Of a DNA stretch of 64,000 bases, positions 62,298 through 64,000 are shown piece after piece (within the stretch, counting starts at the first letter, position 1; every line of letters begins with the position of its first letter). This DNA is from an uncultured Gammaproteobacteria bacterium (GTDB lineage: Bacteria; Pseudomonadota; Gammaproteobacteria; UBA9214). The notes under the pieces were generated by a model. It did not search any database and had not been told where the DNA came from. It saw nothing but the letters and a program-made list of their open reading frames with translations. Made by a program: the position numbers and the translations under genes. The stretch covers positions 219,699-283,698 of the forward strand of contig CAVVHS010000002.1 in the NCBI GenBank assembly GCA_963748215.1. Reading direction: 5' to 3'.

Positions 62298-63602
62298 ATG
62301 AATCAGGATGTACGTGCCGCGGCCGCCCGCGTGCTGGTGCAGGTCATTGCGTCCGGCCGGTCGCTGTCCGATGCCCTGCCGCCAATCCAGTCCACTTTTG
62401 CGGACGGGCGGGATGCCGCGCTGCTGCAGGAACTGGTCTACGGTACGGCGCGCTGGTATTTCAGGCTGGACGCGTTGCTGGAGCTGCTGCTCAGGAAGCC
62501 GCTCAAGTCACGTGATCTCGACCTCCGGTGCCTGCTGCTGGCCGGGCTTTACCAGCTTGACCAGCTCGCGTTGCCGCAACGCGTGGCCGTGCACGAAACG
62601 GTACAGGCGGTGCGCACGCTGGACAAGGAATGGTCCAGTGGTCTGGTCAATGCCGTGCTGCGCAATTTCCAGCGCGATGGCGAGCGGCTTGCCGGCGCCA
62701 TTGCCGGTAATCCTGTTGCCTTGTATGCACACCCGGCCTGGCTGATCGAGCAGTTACAGGTCGACTGGCCGGAATCATGGCAGGAAATACTTTCGGCAAA
62801 CAATGCGCGACCGCCGTTCAGTGTGCGTGTCAACCGGCTGCGCATGACGCGCGATGAGTACATGGAGTTACTAGCGGAACAGGCAATTGAGGCCGAAGCG
62901 CTGGCCTGGTCGGATCAGGGCGTGCGCCTGTCCAGTCCGCGACCGGTTGACGCGCTGCCGGGGTTCGGGCGCGGTGATATATCGGTTCAGGACGGCGCGG
63001 CACAGCTGGCGGCCGGCCTGTTGCAAGCGGCGCCGGGACAGCGTGTGCTGGATGCCTGCGCCGCACCGGGCGGCAAGACGGCGCATATCCTCGAAATGGT
63101 GCCGTCGGCCCTCGTGACGGCCGTCGATATCGATGCCGGGCGCCTGGCTCGGGTAGGCGAGAACCTTGCGCGGCTGGGTTTGCGCGCGGAGCTTATTGCT
63201 GGCGATGCCGGCAATCCGGACGACTGGTGGGATGGCCGTCCGTTCGATCGGATCCTGCTGGATGTCCCCTGCTCAGCAACCGGTGTTATCCGGCGACATC
63301 CGGACATCAAGCTGCTGCGCAGGCAAGCCGATATTGCGCAGCTGGTCAGGCGCCAGGCCGACATCCTGCACGCCGTGTGGCCCTTGCTGGCAGCAGGCGG
63401 TATGCTTCTGTATTGCACCTGTTCGGTGCTGGTCGCGGAAAACGCCGGACAGGTGGGGCATTTTCTCGGGCAACACGGGGATGCTGTGGAGATCCCGATC
63501 GAGGCGGGCTGGGGACGCGGGTGTGAGCATGGCAGGCAGGTAATTCCGGGCGAAGACGAAATGGATGGATTTTATTTTGCATGTTTGCACAAGCGCAGCT
63601 GA
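62298..63602 (+). CDS. rsmB: 16S rRNA m5C967 methyltransferase
   Basis: NusB-like N-terminus, DACAAPGGKT, DVPCSATG, YCTCS motifs. Confidence 0.97.
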   Translation: MNQDVRAAAARVLVQVIASGRSLSDALPPIQSTFADGRDAALLQELVYGTARWYFRLDALLELLLRKPLKSRDLDLRCLLLAGLYQLDQLALPQRVAVHETVQAVRTLDKEWSSGLVNAVLRNFQRDGERLAGAIAGNPVALYAHPAWLIEQLQVDWPESWQEILSANNARPPFSVRVNRLRMTRDEYMELLAEQAIEAEALAWSDQGVRLSSPRPVDALPGFGRGDISVQDGAAQLAAGLLQAAPGQRVLDACAAPGGKTAHILEMVPSALVTAVDIDAGRLARVGENLARLGLRAELIAGDAGNPDDWWDGRPFDRILLDVPCSATGVIRRHPDIKLLRRQADIAQLVRRQADILHAVWPLLAAGGMLLYCTCSVLVAENAGQVGHFLGQHGDAVEIPIEAGWGRGCEHGRQVIPGEDEMDGFYFACLHKRS

Positions 63603-63619
63603 CAGGGCCGCCGGCTGAT

Positions 63620-64000
63620 ATGCCGCCGGACAAGGCGTCGCTCTGGTCCGTCCTCGGGCTGGTGCTGCTGGCGACGCTGGGCCTGTCGGCACCGCTGGCC
63701 GCGGACCAGGCGGGTGAATTTCGCATCGGCGATGCACATGCCTGGGTCAGCAACAATACCCGGCTGCTGGATGCACAGTTTTCCATACGACTCAGCAGCG
63801 GTGCACGTGAAGCACTGGAGAACGGCGTGCCATTGACCTTCGAACTGCAAGCGCAGCTGGTCAGAAAACACGACTGGTTGTGGGATTCGGTCGTGGTCGA
63901 GCATGTGGCGGTCAGGCGGCTCGAATACCATGCACTCAGCCGCAGTTTCCTGGTCAGGGATATGAACACCGGGAAGCAGGCCAATTACAGTCGACTCGTC
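63620..64000 (+). CDS. DUF4390-type exported protein, partial (runs off window)
   Basis: Manual translation shows a signal peptide then EALENGVPLTF; follows rsmB; start could be 63581. Confidence 0.75.
   Translation, partial: MPPDKASLWSVLGLVLLATLGLSAPLAADQAGEFRIGDAHAWVSNNTRLLDAQFSIRLSSGAREALENGVPLTFELQAQLVRKHDWLWDSVVVEHVAVRRLEYHALSRSFLVRDMNTGKQANYSRLV

Overview
High-GC gammaproteobacterial chromosome segment made mostly of core genes: glyQS, glnA-ntrBC, pyrD, trmL, gpsA-secB, gpmI-envC-ctpA-yibQ-yajL, ubiEJB, hslVU, lptM-lysA-dapF-xerC, argH, hemCD, xth, prlC, aroE, hemB, hemF, tsaC-topA-smg-dprA-lysM and def-fmt-rsmB. I found no rRNA, tRNA, CRISPR array or transposase. The main unexplained structure is a dispersed repeat system. 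Short-period CRCAGAG-type repeats sit just past core-gene ends as inward-facing inverted pairs. One pair encloses a lone GxxExxY PD-(D/E)xK nuclease gene (44756-45424), one pair is empty (29072-29280), and two degenerate pairs bracket accessory cargo. Four arms carry the same nested 48-bp module, whose two hairpins display GGA loops matching the CsrA/RsmA consensus. Other points: a candidate sigma28-driven sRNA (about 53386-53527), an AlgR with most of its receiver domain deleted and no FimS, a degenerate GGDEF protein with an intact I-site, a SqrR/BigR-type regulator beside a rhodanese, and frameshifts in secB and hemF that are probably sequence errors. All calls come from reading the sequence; no database searches were run.
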